Source: Octopus vulgaris (taxonomy: Eukaryota). Taken from it: 64,000 nt of DNA. The stretch spans positions 72,044,001 through 72,108,000 of the forward strand of contig OX597826.1 of the NCBI GenBank assembly GCA_951406725.2, written 5' to 3'. Below, in pieces: positions 11,990-24,460 of the stretch. The position numbers and the translations under genes are program-made. Position 1 is the stretch's first letter. Each line of letters opens with the position of its first letter. The notes under the pieces were generated by a model that saw only the letters and a list, made by a program, of their open reading frames with translations, did not search any database and was not told where the DNA came from.

Positions 11990-13330
11990 GTTTTGTACCA
12001 GAACAAGGTACCGGTAAGTGGCCACTTTAGTGAGAAACTACAAGAGGTGTTCTTAGCAAAGAGTAAGACAACATCTAGCATTCATTGATGTGGAGAACAC
12101 CCCTTGACAAAGGCCAAAGCTCTGTAATCTGGTCGTTGCTGAATAAACTGGATGTAGATGAATGGTTAATGAGAACCATGCAAACCATATACAACAAGGT
12201 GAGAATTAGCAATGAGTTTAGTAAGGAATTCTGCATGTAGATAAGTGTCCATCAGGACTTGTTTATTATAATCCTTAAGACCATGACAAAAGTGTTCAAG
12301 GCTGGATGTTCCTGTATTCCAATGGTTTAGCTCTTAGAGATGAATCTGTCAAAGATTTAAAGATATTCCAAATGAAGAAGCAAAGCCTAGAAGTGAGAGG
12401 CCTCAAAGTAAACCTAGCAAAGACAAATGTTTTAGTTAGGAGAGAAGAATGGATCATGATGTGATGTGGTTGTAGTCGTGCAGAAATGAGTCAGTAGGAA
12501 TTCTGTATGTCAGAAACGTTAGCACGCCAGGCAAGATGCGTAGCAGTATTTCGTCTGCTGTTACGTTCTGAGTTCAAATTCCGCCGAGGTCGACTTTGCC
12601 TTTCATCCTTTCGGGGTCGATTAAATAAGTACCAGTTATACACTGGGGTCGATGTAATCGACTTAATTCGTGTGTCTGTCCTTGTTTGTCCCCTCTGTGT
12701 TTAGCCCCTTGTGGGTAGTAAAGAAATAGGAATTCTGTATGATGAATCCAATGTAAACTATGGGATACATAAGAGATGTTGTGCAATCACAGGTGGACGG
12801 ATGGAGAAAGGAAAATTCATACACGGACAGGTACACAAGAGTAGTGTGCAACAAAAGCACCTGTGAAATAATTTTTTCTAAATACTTAAAAGGCTCCATT
12901 GAAATAGTTTAAGTGAGGTGACTTAATTAGCATTAGGGGTGAATATTCTAAAAGCTTACTATACCAGAGTAAGGATGAAGTGGGAAAAGTTTAGAGGAAT
13001 ATTACTTTGGCTTGTAGCAAAGAAATACTTGAAATGAAGGGCTGACTGTGTGAATCTTGTATGTGAGCTCCAGTAGATATATAGTGCTAATGTGCATGGA
13101 CAATGAATCACAAATGAGCTGAGAAAAAAACTAGGTATAAGAGCAATCAGGTATTGTATGTAAGAGAGAAGATGAGCTGGTGTGGTTATGTGTTGAGAAT
13201 GGAGAATGACAATTGGGTAAAGAAATGCTAAGTGATCCAAATAGAAGGATCCTGCAGAAGAGGAAGGTTAAAGAAGACATGAAGAAGTGGTGATAGTTGA
13301 TCATAGGAGTTTGAACCTTATGAAGGTGAT
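11990..13330 (+). mobile_element. Highly decayed RTE-clade LINE RT and C-terminal fragment
   Basis: Residual AFIDVE, VHQ and RGLKVNLAKT motifs; colinear with 30065-31760. Confidence 0.7.
12510..12730 (+). mobile_element. ~220-bp SINE, tail type A (also ~20205-20412, 27922-28137, 31015-31245, 34465-34697, 44090-44497, 50652-50883, 51925-52152, 61185-61415)
   Basis: B-box-like GAGTTCAAATTC, core TTTCATCCTTTCGGGGTCGAT..AAGTACC, tail TTGTGGGTAGTAAAGAAATAGG; 15-bp TSD TAGGAATTCTGTATG (12495-12509, 12727-12741). Confidence 0.9.
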
Positions 13331-13427
13331 AGTAAGTGGCCACACCCATAATAGCAACGTTGCTATTATGGGTGTCTGACAGTTCCACTGTTATGGAATA
13401 TGGGATATCAGCTCCTCTACAATTATT

Positions 13428-13644
13428 CTTTTCTACTCTAGGCATAAGGACCGAAATTTTGGGGGAGGGAGCCAGTCAATTAGATCGACCCCAGTACACA
13501 GCTGGTACTTAATTTACCGACCCTGAAAGAATGAAAGACAAAGTTGACCTCGGCAGAATTTGAACTCAGAATGTAAAGACAGATGAAATACCGCTAAGCA
13601 TTTTGCCCTGTGTGCTAACGCTTCTGCCAGCTCGCCACCTTAGA
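13428..13644 (-). mobile_element. Same SINE head and core with tail type B (also ~44912-45097, 49530-49738 and the 36.2-38.4-kb cluster)
   Basis: 15-bp TSD TCCTCTACAATTATT (13413-13427, 13645-13659); tail AAATTTCGG.CCTTRTGCCTAGAGTAGAAAAG. Confidence 0.88.
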
Positions 13645-14020
13645 TCCTCTACAATTATTGGGTAACAGACCCTTGTATCAATATCTTGGTGGATTGTCAA
13701 ACTCCACCACAATTATGGAGTGTCATATTCTTCCTGTATTATAGAACACAAGACATGTCCACTGGTGTGGAAAGTCAAATTCTTGTACTAATAGAGCACA
13801 CCAAACTCTTTTGTTATCCATGGGTTATGAGAGAACTTTCTCCATCCAAAATTCCCAAAGAAACCATTCTGCCATTCCTATTTACAGCTCTTGTAGAAGA
13901 ATTGTTTAGAGAAATAACATTTTTAGATTAGCAAATTGATTGGATCCTCCTCCCCCTCCTTCTCCTCCTCTTTATCATCATCATCATCATCAGTACATTA
14001 ACATTACATAGACACAAACT

Positions 14021-14059
<39 letters not shown>

Positions 14060-14149
14060 TCATATATATATACATATATACATTCATATATTCATATATA
14101 CATACATATATATATATATATATATACATATATATACACATATATATAT

Positions 14150-14189
<40 letters not shown>

Positions 14190-14365
14190 TCATATATATA
14201 TACATATATACATTCATATATTCATATATATATACATACATACATATATATACATTCATATATATATACATATATACATTCATATATTCATATATATATA
14301 CATACATACATATATATATACATATATATATACATACATACATATATATATACATACATATATAT

Positions 14366-14438
<73 letters not shown>

Positions 14439-15049
14439 TTGTATGTAGGAGGGGATCTATGCGTGTATATCTGTGAGGAGATGTTTCTGTATGATGTTTG
14501 CATGAACGAATATATCAGTGTTATCGTGTATAGTGCATGCTCACATGTGGTGTCTGTGTGTGGAGCTCACTGTATGCGTAGAGTGCTACAAACAACGAGA
14601 ATTAGGTAGGATCAATATACATATAAAACAAGTAGTAGTAGTAGTAGTGGTGGTGGTGGTGTCAGCAGTGATAGTGGTAAGGACAAAAGTCCAGTGGTAG
14701 TAGTCAGAGTGTTGGTAGCAAGTGTGAGGCAAGGGAGAGTATGTTATGTCCAAGACGACAGGGTGTGGTTTTGATTTCCTTTTAGAATCAATCGGATCAG
14801 AAAATCTAACTGTAAATAAATACATTGTCTGTATGCATGTGTATACACAACATACATACACACACATATATATACACACATATGAATATATAAATACTTA
14901 CAAATAGACACACACACACACACACACATATATGTGTATGTGTGTGTATTTATGTGTGTAAGTGTATATAGGTGAGTGTATGTGTATCCATGTGCGTATA
15001 AATGTATAAATTGTTCTTTTACTTCACTTTTACTTGTTTCATCCAGAGG

Positions 15050-15850
15050 TGGTGGCCATGCTGGAGTACCACCATTGATGTGATTATCAGTTTGTTTCAC
15101 TTCCATGGGCCCCTTCTTTGTGTTTGGTTTTGGTGAACAAGGGTGCTGGACAATGCTGCTCTCATTCAGGTCTCTTGCTGTGATGGGCATCTGAGATAAA
15201 AATTTGCCCAAGTATTTTTTCAATACATCCATATCTATTCCTCACAGACCTGTGAAGCTTTCTGGTAAGGTATCAAAAACCTATGGACCCTTGTAACCTG
15301 GGTCCTTACTCTAGATCGATAGCTCTCATCTGGGGTCCATATGACCTTTGGGGGTCCATATAAGATTTTGCTGCTAAAAGTTTATGTGCAGTAAACTGGT
15401 TATACATTTACAACACACAAAATAGTTCAACAATTTTGTATACAGTTCCTCATAATATTTAATTATAAAAATATAACTGGATTTTTTTAAACATCACGTA
15501 GTTAGTTATAAGAGCACACCCTAGCAAAACAGAATTCTAAGGGGTCCATAGGCAAAAAATGGTTGGAAACCACAGCTCTAGATGGAATTGGTAGAATTTT
15601 TGGTACTATGCAATAGTGTCCAGTTTGGGAGTTGATACAGCTTTCTAATCCAAAGGTAGGAGTTAAATCCTACAGGATTTTCCATGTCTTTTGCACTGCA
15701 TATCTTTTGTGTCTTCACTCCAGGGAGGAGGGGTATCAGTTCTCTTTGCCTCCACCAGTAGCTCAACTGTTGCACTGAGGCAATCTTTCTGTAAAAACAC
15801 TGAACTGCTTCAGGTAAAATATGTGTAATTGAGGTAAAATATGTGTATGT
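15050..15850 (-). mobile_element. CR1/L2-group LINE 3'-terminal ORF2 fragment, split by a hAT MITE
   Basis: EAVQCFYRKIASVQQLSYWWR ... WKIL ... KGP*VFDTLPES ... DVLKKYLGKFLSQMP matches the usual ExVQR..YWERL..GPRLFNxLP..FKxxLDxFL C-terminus. Confidence 0.65.
15317..15575 (+). mobile_element. hAT/Charlie-type MITE (unexpanded relative of 24461-25330)
   Basis: Perfect 8-bp TSD CTCTAGAT (15309-15316, 15576-15583), fitting the NTCTAGAN Charlie target consensus; degenerate TIRs; body colinear with 25082-25330. Confidence 0.82.
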
Positions 15851-16242
15851 CAAAGAAATCTGTACGGTATAAATATATATAGTTCAAAATTATACAAAAA
15901 AAACCCCAAAAGACAAAGACAGGTGAGGGAAAAACAAGGTATATAAAAACAAGGTGTATTAGTTTGATACTTAGGGAAAATGGAAGAGTCTTTGATGTTT
16001 CAAGCCTATGCTCTTCTATGGAAAGGAATGAAGAGAGAAAACAGATGAAAAGAGGGAAAAAAAACTGTCTGGATTAACAGTTGCGCATGTCACTCATTTT
16101 TGTCAGATGAGCGGACTGGAGTAACAAGAAATGAAGTGTTTTGCTCAAGAACACAACCCATCACCCAGTCCCGGAAGTGAAACCAGAATCTTACTATCAT
16201 AAGTATAACCACTAAGCCACACTTCCACACCATACATACCAA

Positions 16243-17528
16243 TCAGGTCATCCCATAAGTTCTGTCCGAATTTTGAATAAAGAAAACAAGTGATCAAATG
16301 TTATATTTAATTGAAATTTAATCATCAATGTACTTTCCCTGAATATCTAAGACTTCCTTCCATCTATTTACAAGCTTTTTAATCCCATCAATGTAAAAAC
16401 ACTTTTGGTTTCAAAGCGAAGAACTCTGAAATGTCAGTTTCGACCTCCTCCTGGCTTGCGAATGTTACGTCCCTCAAATGATTCTGTAAACTACTAAATA
16501 AATGGTAGTCTGAAGGAGCAAGGTCGGGAGAATAAGGTGGATGAGGAACTTTTTCCCAACCAAGCTCTTCAATCTTTTGTGATGTGTTCTTTGCAGTATG
16601 GGGTCACGCATTGACCTGATGAAACATCACTCGTTTTTGATTCACTAAAGCGGGTCTTTTTTCTTTAAAGCTTGGTTCAAATGCTCTAATTGCTGACAGT
16701 AGACTTGAGCATTGATTATTGTATTAGGTGGTAATAATTCAAAGTGAATTACTCCTTTGCAATCCCACCAGATAGAGAGAAGAACCTTTTTCCCATGAAC
16801 TTCCCTTCTTGGATGTGGTTGAGCTTTTTTCCCTTTTACCAAGCCACTGTTTACAATGCTTAACATTTTGATAGACAATCCATTTTTCATCACCAGTCAC
16901 AAGTCTATCCAAAAAGGGTGAAATGAGTTTGCAAGAATGGAGAGAAGAGCAGATGTCAACTCGGGATTTGCAGTTGCTTTTGGACAATTTATGAGGCACC
17001 CATTTTCCAAGTTTAGGAACTTTTCCAAGTTGTTGATGATGATAAACAGTTGTATGGTTTGAACTAAGCTTTATTGCCAATTCTTTAACTGATAATGCAG
17101 GATTTTCTTCAAGTAATGCCTCAAGGAGCTTATCATCAAACTCAACTGGACGTTCTGTTTGATCTTCATCTTCAAAGCTGAAATCTCTACTTCTGAATTT
17201 TGCAAACCATCTTCTGCAAGTTCTTTCATTCAAGCATTCTTTCCCATAAACTGAGTGTATGTTTCGAGTCGCTTCGGCTGCAGAGTTTCCTTTTTTGTAC
17301 TCGTAAAGCATTATGTGCCTCAAATGCTCTTTGGATACTTCCATGTTAGAAAGGGTTTTAATCAAAGAAATATTAATTCTATTATCCTATAAAATAATAT
17401 TTAATTAGTTTAAATGCACACAAATGCATAAAAATATTTTTTAATTCCATTAGACATTCTAAAATACTATTAAACTTCATTCAATTTTAAAAAAGGTAAA
17501 ACCAGACAGAACTTATAGGATGACCTGA
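16243..17528 (-). mobile_element. Full-length (1286 bp) mariner transposon with frameshifted transposase
   Basis: TIRs TCAGGTCATCCCATAAGTTCTGTC/GACAGAACTTATAGGATGACCTGA, TA on the right; ATG 17344 MEVSKEHLRHIMLYEY, WVPHKL, VTGDEKW, HPPYSPDLAPSDYHLF; frameshifts and stops. Confidence 0.95.
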
Positions 17529-17659
17529 TACATACATTCATTCATACATACATACATACATACATACATACATACATTCATACATACATACGTACTTACA
17601 TACAGTCATATATACGTATATAAATACATACATATATACGTATATACATACATACATTC

Positions 17660-17872
17660 AAAATGTGACCGCATGTGTACCGTTGGCGATTTTTTTCCTC
17701 CATCTTCCCTTCTTTGGATCTTTCCTTTTCCTATGTTTCTGACGAAGAGCTCTGCTCGAAATGTTAAACCCTCCTTCTTTCCTTCTTTCCTGAGTGTCCA
17801 ATAATACTATACTTGTTCCACGTCCTCGCGTTGTTGTGTTTTCTCTTTGTGATTTCATGTTTGGATTAACTT
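17660..17872 (+). mobile_element. Penelope-like pLTR fragment with hammerhead-like core
   Basis: CTGACGA-A-GAGC-TCT-GCTC-GAAA at 17739-17761; related family at 22600-22775 (plus) and 15885-16090 (minus). Confidence 0.6.
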
Positions 17873-18091
17873 TACATACATACATGCATGCATGCATACA
17901 TACATACATACATACATACATACATACATACATACATACATACATACATACATACATACATACACACTAGATATACATGCAGTGCTAGTAAATGTACAAA
18001 CTGATGAGTTTGAGGCGTTTTGGTACAGCTGTTTTGGTGCCTCTTATTTAGCATCAATGATCAAAGCTAATTTGACATCAGATATTTAAGC

Positions 18092-18167
<76 letters not shown>

Positions 18168-18809
18168 GTTTATGTGTGTGAGTATATTTCTTTTTATTAG
18201 TCTGAGGAGAGGGAAAGATTTTATGCCAATTGTGTTGTGTTCAATTAATAAATTGTAATTTCTCCCTCCTCTCTCTTTCCCTTTATGTGTGTGAGGAGAG
18301 GGAAAGCATTTATGCCAATTATGTTCAACTAATAACTTGTTAGATCTGCCTCATCAACACCACAATTACCAGCATCACCACCACCACCACCACAATCATT
18401 GCAATCACCACCCAAAACCACCAAACACTCCAATGTACAAAAGTGAAAGTTGGAAGAATTCTATTCCAATCTCCTCCTCACACGTGTTAAAGAGAAGTGG
18501 AGCCTGAGGTAAACTGGAAACATTTGAGATTTGAACCTCTTTCCTTCGTTTCTCTGACTGCCTGTCTCTCTATCTGTCTGCCTGTCCATCTCTCTCTCTA
18601 TATATATATATATATCTCTCTCACTCTCTCTTCCATTCAATATGGATGGGCAAGGAGAGAAAGAGGCAATGGAAATGGTGCGGCAAGCAAGTTGTTTCCA
18701 GTTGAAACAAGCTTTATCATTGGTCAAGACAGCGCTGAGAGTGTGTGGGGGAGGGAGTGGGTTAAAATGTCATTGACACCAAGCCTTTGGAGAGGAGGGA
18801 AAAGTAAGA

Positions 18810-19292
<483 letters not shown>

Positions 19293-19754
19293 TACAAGAC
19301 CAAAAACAAACACGTACACAGGTGCTGAAAATGAATGTTAGAGAGAGAAGGGAGGGGGAGCATGGGTGGTGGCGAGAGAGAAGGACAAGGTAATAGGGGG
19401 AGGGGTGATCAAAAGTGATTATAACATAAAGGTCAACAAGAATACTTGTAACAAAATCTGATATCTGTAAATATAGCTCAGCAGCTACACACACACACAC
19501 ACACACACGTCTTGGTGTGTGCGTGTGTGTGTGAGTGTGTGTGTGTGTGTATTTATCCTGAGAGAGGAAGAGAGAGACAGAGAGAGACAGAGAGAAGAGT
19601 TCTTGTAGTCATGGAGAGATTAGTTCATTTCTTACAGAAAGGTTTGCAGACGGGGGGGTGTATGTATGTATGTATGTATGTATATGTGTGTACACACACA
19701 TACATACATACACATGTGCACATGTGCATATACATATATAAAAGTATACTTGAA

Positions 19755-19788
<34 letters not shown>

Positions 19789-20722
19789 TATTGGCTGTGT
19801 GGTAAGTAACTTGCTTACCGACCACATGGTTCCAGGTTCAGTCCCACGGTGTGGCACCTTAGGCAAGTATTTTCTACTATATCCTTGGGCCGACCAAAGC
19901 CTTGTGAGCGGATTTAGTAGATGGAAACTGAAAGGTAATCCCATAGACCAGCCTTCTCCATCTTTAATACACACACACACACACACACACATTGATTAAT
20001 TTTAGAATTTATTAGAATCTAGGGACAGTAATACACAGGACACCAGAAATGTCTCGGTACAATAAGAGAGGATTCACAGTGAGGTAAAAGAACCATAAAG
20101 GTATCATGTACTGGTGGGATACTATAAATATGTAAGTACCAAATCCGATTTAAACCATGGATCCAACTCAAGGCTGGTTCTAGGTACAGCATTCTTTCAC
20201 ATATATACCTATTTCTTTACTACCCACAAGGGGCTAAACACAGAGGACAAACAAGGACAGACAAAGGGATTAAGTCGATTACATCGACTCCAGTGCGTAA
20301 CTGGTACTTAATTTATCGACCCCGAAAGGATGAAAGGCAAAGTCGACCTCGGCAGAATTTGAACTCAGAACGTAGCGGCAGACGAAATACGTGCTAACTT
20401 TTCTGCCAGCTCACATATATACCATCATCATCATCATATAACGTCCACTAGTATTTTGTTATAGTACATTGTAATGGACTCCTTTTTGTAAACACCAGGA
20501 AAACCAGTGAGAAAGTTTAGCCACTCATTGTGTATATCCAATATAACATTTGTGTCATGAAGTTTACATCTTCCATGTTCTTCTTAATATTTTTCTTACA
20601 CACAAATATTATGTAACTTACTTTGGTCATTTGAAGTTTACTCAGTAGTTTACATGTTCATGATTTGTTAATGATGATTAGGAGGAAGAGGAGATATTTA
20701 ATTATGGCATTTTCATAATATA

Positions 20723-21977
20723 TTGGGTTGGAAAGAAAGTAATTTCGGTTTTTTAGTGTGAAATAAGTCATTTTTTTTTTCATACAAAGAATGAACTTTA
20801 ATCAATTATATATTTTCCGTTTTGTTTGATGACCTTTTGCCATCTTTCTGGTAACTTCATGATTCTGCTCTCATAGAACTTCCAGTCCTTATCAGTCAAA
20901 AACTGAAGCAAGTGCAATTTCAGGTCATCATCATTATTGTAAGTTTCACCATTCAAAGAATTTTTCAAACTTCAAAATAAATGGTAACCTGATGGTGCAA
21001 GGTTAGGACTATATGATGGATGTGACATTACTTCCAAACCAAGCACCAATAATTTTTCACAAGTTAGCAAAGACATGTGTGGTCTAGCATTGTCATGATT
21101 CCTTTATGATTTGCCAATTCTGGCTGTTTCATTAGTTGTTGACAGTAAACATCTGAATTGATCGTTTGGTTCCTTGAAAGCAGCTCAAAATACACAACAC
21201 CTTCCTAATCCCACCAAATTGCCAGCATGACATTTTTTTATGCAATTCAACTTTCGATGTGGTTTATGCTGGTTCATTATTCTTGGACCATGATCGTTTT
21301 CGATTGATGTTATTGTAGACAGTCCATTTTTAATCACCAGTGATAATTCGTTTAAAAAAAAAGTCAATTTCGTTGTTTGAGATGCATATCACAAATATTG
21401 ATTTGTTGTGTTAAGTGAATCTCTTTCAATTTATGTGGAATCCAAATATCGAGCATCTTAACAAGTCCAAGATATCTTAAGTGTTTTTCACTTGTTGTGT
21501 GTGATACATTTAGCCTCTCTGCAATCTCTCGCACAGTTATATGACAATCAGATTCGATTATGGCCTTGATTTGGCCATCATCAACTTCCGTAGGCTGACC
21601 AGAACGTTGGTCATCTTTGAGTGAAAAATCTCCAGAACAGAATTTTTAAAACCATTTCTGACATGTGCGTTCTGTTAAGCAATCAACAACATAAACTTCA
21701 CATATTGTTTTGTGAGCTTCAGCAGCTTTCTTGCCTTTACGAATATAAAAAAGCAAAACATGGCAGAAATGTTCGTTTTTTGCACTCCATGTTAAAAATT
21801 GACAGTGAACTAACAGCAGCAAACAAAATTATGCGCAATTTGCTTCTAAAGTAAGCTAAAAGTAAAGTCTATCAAATGTCAAAAGGAAAAAAATTATAAC
21901 ATTGACAAAAGTCATTAAAAAAAAATCATGACTCTATCTATTTGCAAAAAAATTAACTTACTTTCTTGCCAACCCAA
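20723..21977 (-). mobile_element. Older decayed mariner transposon
   Basis: TIRs TTGGGTTGGAAAGAAAGTAA/TTACTTTCTTGCCAACCCAA; WIPHKL, HPSYSPNLAPSGYHLF; many stops. Confidence 0.9.
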
Positions 21978-22771
21978 CATTATCAATGCTTGGTTTATAA
22001 TTGGGTGTAATGTATATTATGTTCTGCTTGATGGATTTTTGATAATGTGTTCATCTATTCTATTGTCAGTATGACTTTGGTTCATGCCATGCACTTTGTA
22101 TGTACTTTATTTATACAGGGTGTGGCTAATATCGTATATTATATTGAATTTGTATCTATATTATTCTAAAGCTTGGTCAATTAACCTCTCTGCATATGAG
22201 TTATTGATTAGGGTTTCATTTTGTTTGCTTTCTTTTCTTCAGATCTATTCTTTTTCTTTTTCTTTTCATGCCTCATTTGTATTTAGTTATAGCCCTCTGT
22301 GTTCTGAGTTCAAATCCTGTCAGGTTGTGTGGTTAAGAAGATTGCTTTGCAACCAATTGATTTCAGGTTCAATCTCACAGCACAACATCTTGAGTAAGTG
22401 TCTTCTGTTATAGCCTTGGGCCAACCAATATTTTGTGAATAGATTTGATATTTGGAAACTGCATGAAAGCCCGTCATACATATGTGTGTGTGTGTCTGTA
22501 TGTGTGTCTGCATGTGCGTGTGTGTGTGAGTGTGAATATATATGTGTGACTCTACTCTTGATGAGAAATCCTTGCAATACACCACGACGTCAAAAAACCT
22601 TCGAACTTTACGTAAAACTGTTATTCTCTCCTTGTTTTTTCTGTGTCCCTTTCTGTAGAAGAGCATAGGTTCGAAACGTAAAAGACTTTTTCTATTCCTG
22701 AGCATTATACTAATACATCTGTTTGTTTTGTACACCATCTGTCTTCGTCTTTTGTTTTTTTCATAAACTCT

Positions 22772-22843
<72 letters not shown>

Positions 22844-23691
22844 GGAGATTCATTATAGGTATAAGAATATACCATAAACAAGTATACACACACACACACA
22901 CATACACATGATAGGTCACTTTCATTTCCATCTACCAATTTCACCAACAAAGTAGAGGACACCAACCACCAGCATCCATGCAGTGGGACCAAACCCCTGA
23001 CCATGTGCTCCCAGATCAAACACATTGAACAGGATTGAACATTCCCTACCAATTCTTATTCAAAGATCCTGTCCTCCTGGACCCCTTGCCTAAGATTGGG
23101 ATTGTGATGTTCACATTTCATTCATATGTTCTGCATACAGTTTAGTTTCTAAAACTGGCTGTCCCCTTTTTTTTATCAATCACCAATCAGTTCACAGCAT
23201 ATACTATAAAATGAACTTTCTCTTCTCTTCTTTCCATTCTCTCTGGCTCCCTCTACAGTCATTTATTCCTGTGTCTCTTTCTTGTATCTTCCTTTTTATA
23301 CCACTTTACTTTCTCTCTCTCTCTCTCTCTCTCTCTCAACACCTTTTTCACTTCTCTGCTTCTTTTTCTCTTTCTGTCCTCCCTCAAAAATTCAGTAACA
23401 AGGTGACAGTTTTCACAGGAAACTTGATTAATGTAGGGTAGCTGCTGATGAAATAGCAGCTGATTTTAATTCATTTATGTAAGAAAACAAGTTTTGTGGA
23501 TGTTAAGTTCCAACTGTCAGGACCAAATGTAGCAGCCATTTTCTTTACAAGAAATTGGCTAAAAAATTATGTTTCCACATATAATACACTGGAAAAACAG
23601 GACCTGCCACATGTACATATTTTGATCTGGTCTACAAAAAGATTCATTTCTGTCAAGTTGATTCCTTCATGTTTACAGAGCTTCCAGATGG

Positions 23692-23957
23692 GAGAAAGGT
23701 CTCCATGGATAAAGAGGTCTCCAAAGAGAAAGAGGTCTCCAGAGAGAAAGAGGTCTCCTGGGATAAAGAGGTCTCCAAAGAGAAAGAGGTCTCCAGAGAG
23801 AAAGAGGTCTCCAGGGAAAAAGAGGTCTCCAAAGAGAAAGAGAACTCCAGAGCGAAAGAGGTCTCCAGGGAGAAAGAGGTCTCCAGAGAGAAAGAGGTCT
23901 CCAGGGAAAAAGAGGTCTCCTGGGAGAAAGAGGTCTCCTGGGAGAAAGAGGTCTCCG
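23692..23957. repeat. 18-bp minisatellite (GAGAAAGAGGTCTCCARR)n, ~14-15 units, inside Helitron Rep
   Basis: 18-bp periodicity; translates as KEVSRE or KRSPER repeats. Confidence 0.93.
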
Positions 23958-24460
23958 GATTTGCCAAAACCTAAGTGGTTCTTAATCCATGTGGTGCCCT
24001 TAACAAGACATCACCTTTTATGAGAAAGAAAAAAAAACACAAAATCAAACATACCAAACAGTTTCCTAAACCCTTTTGTCAAAGGGGTCCCAAGCTTGTA
24101 AAAGTAGTAATCCCTCTTACAAAGTGTAAGACAAAACGATGAAAGTTTCCAAACCTTTGTAAATCAGCACAAAATTTATAACAGCTGATAATTCTTGTTT
24201 CTCACTCCTGACTGAGATATCTGATGCTCACATTAATGCCAAGCTTTGTAATTCAATAAAGTTCATCAAATATGTCTGAAAATACTTTGTCAAAGGATCT
24301 GACATGGCAACATTTGCTCTGATGCAGCAAAAATACTGCAATAAAGCTGTTCAATTTCATCAAGGATCACACATCAATAACAGCTATAATTTCTAGCTCT
24401 CTTTGATTTTTCCTATTCATGAAGATACCCCAGCATTTAATAACATGCTGTTCCATTTAC

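Noticed and set aside
16739-17365. SETMAR-like domesticated transposase gene
   Set aside because: Bounded by TIRs, frameshifted, second catalytic Asp altered, no SET domain
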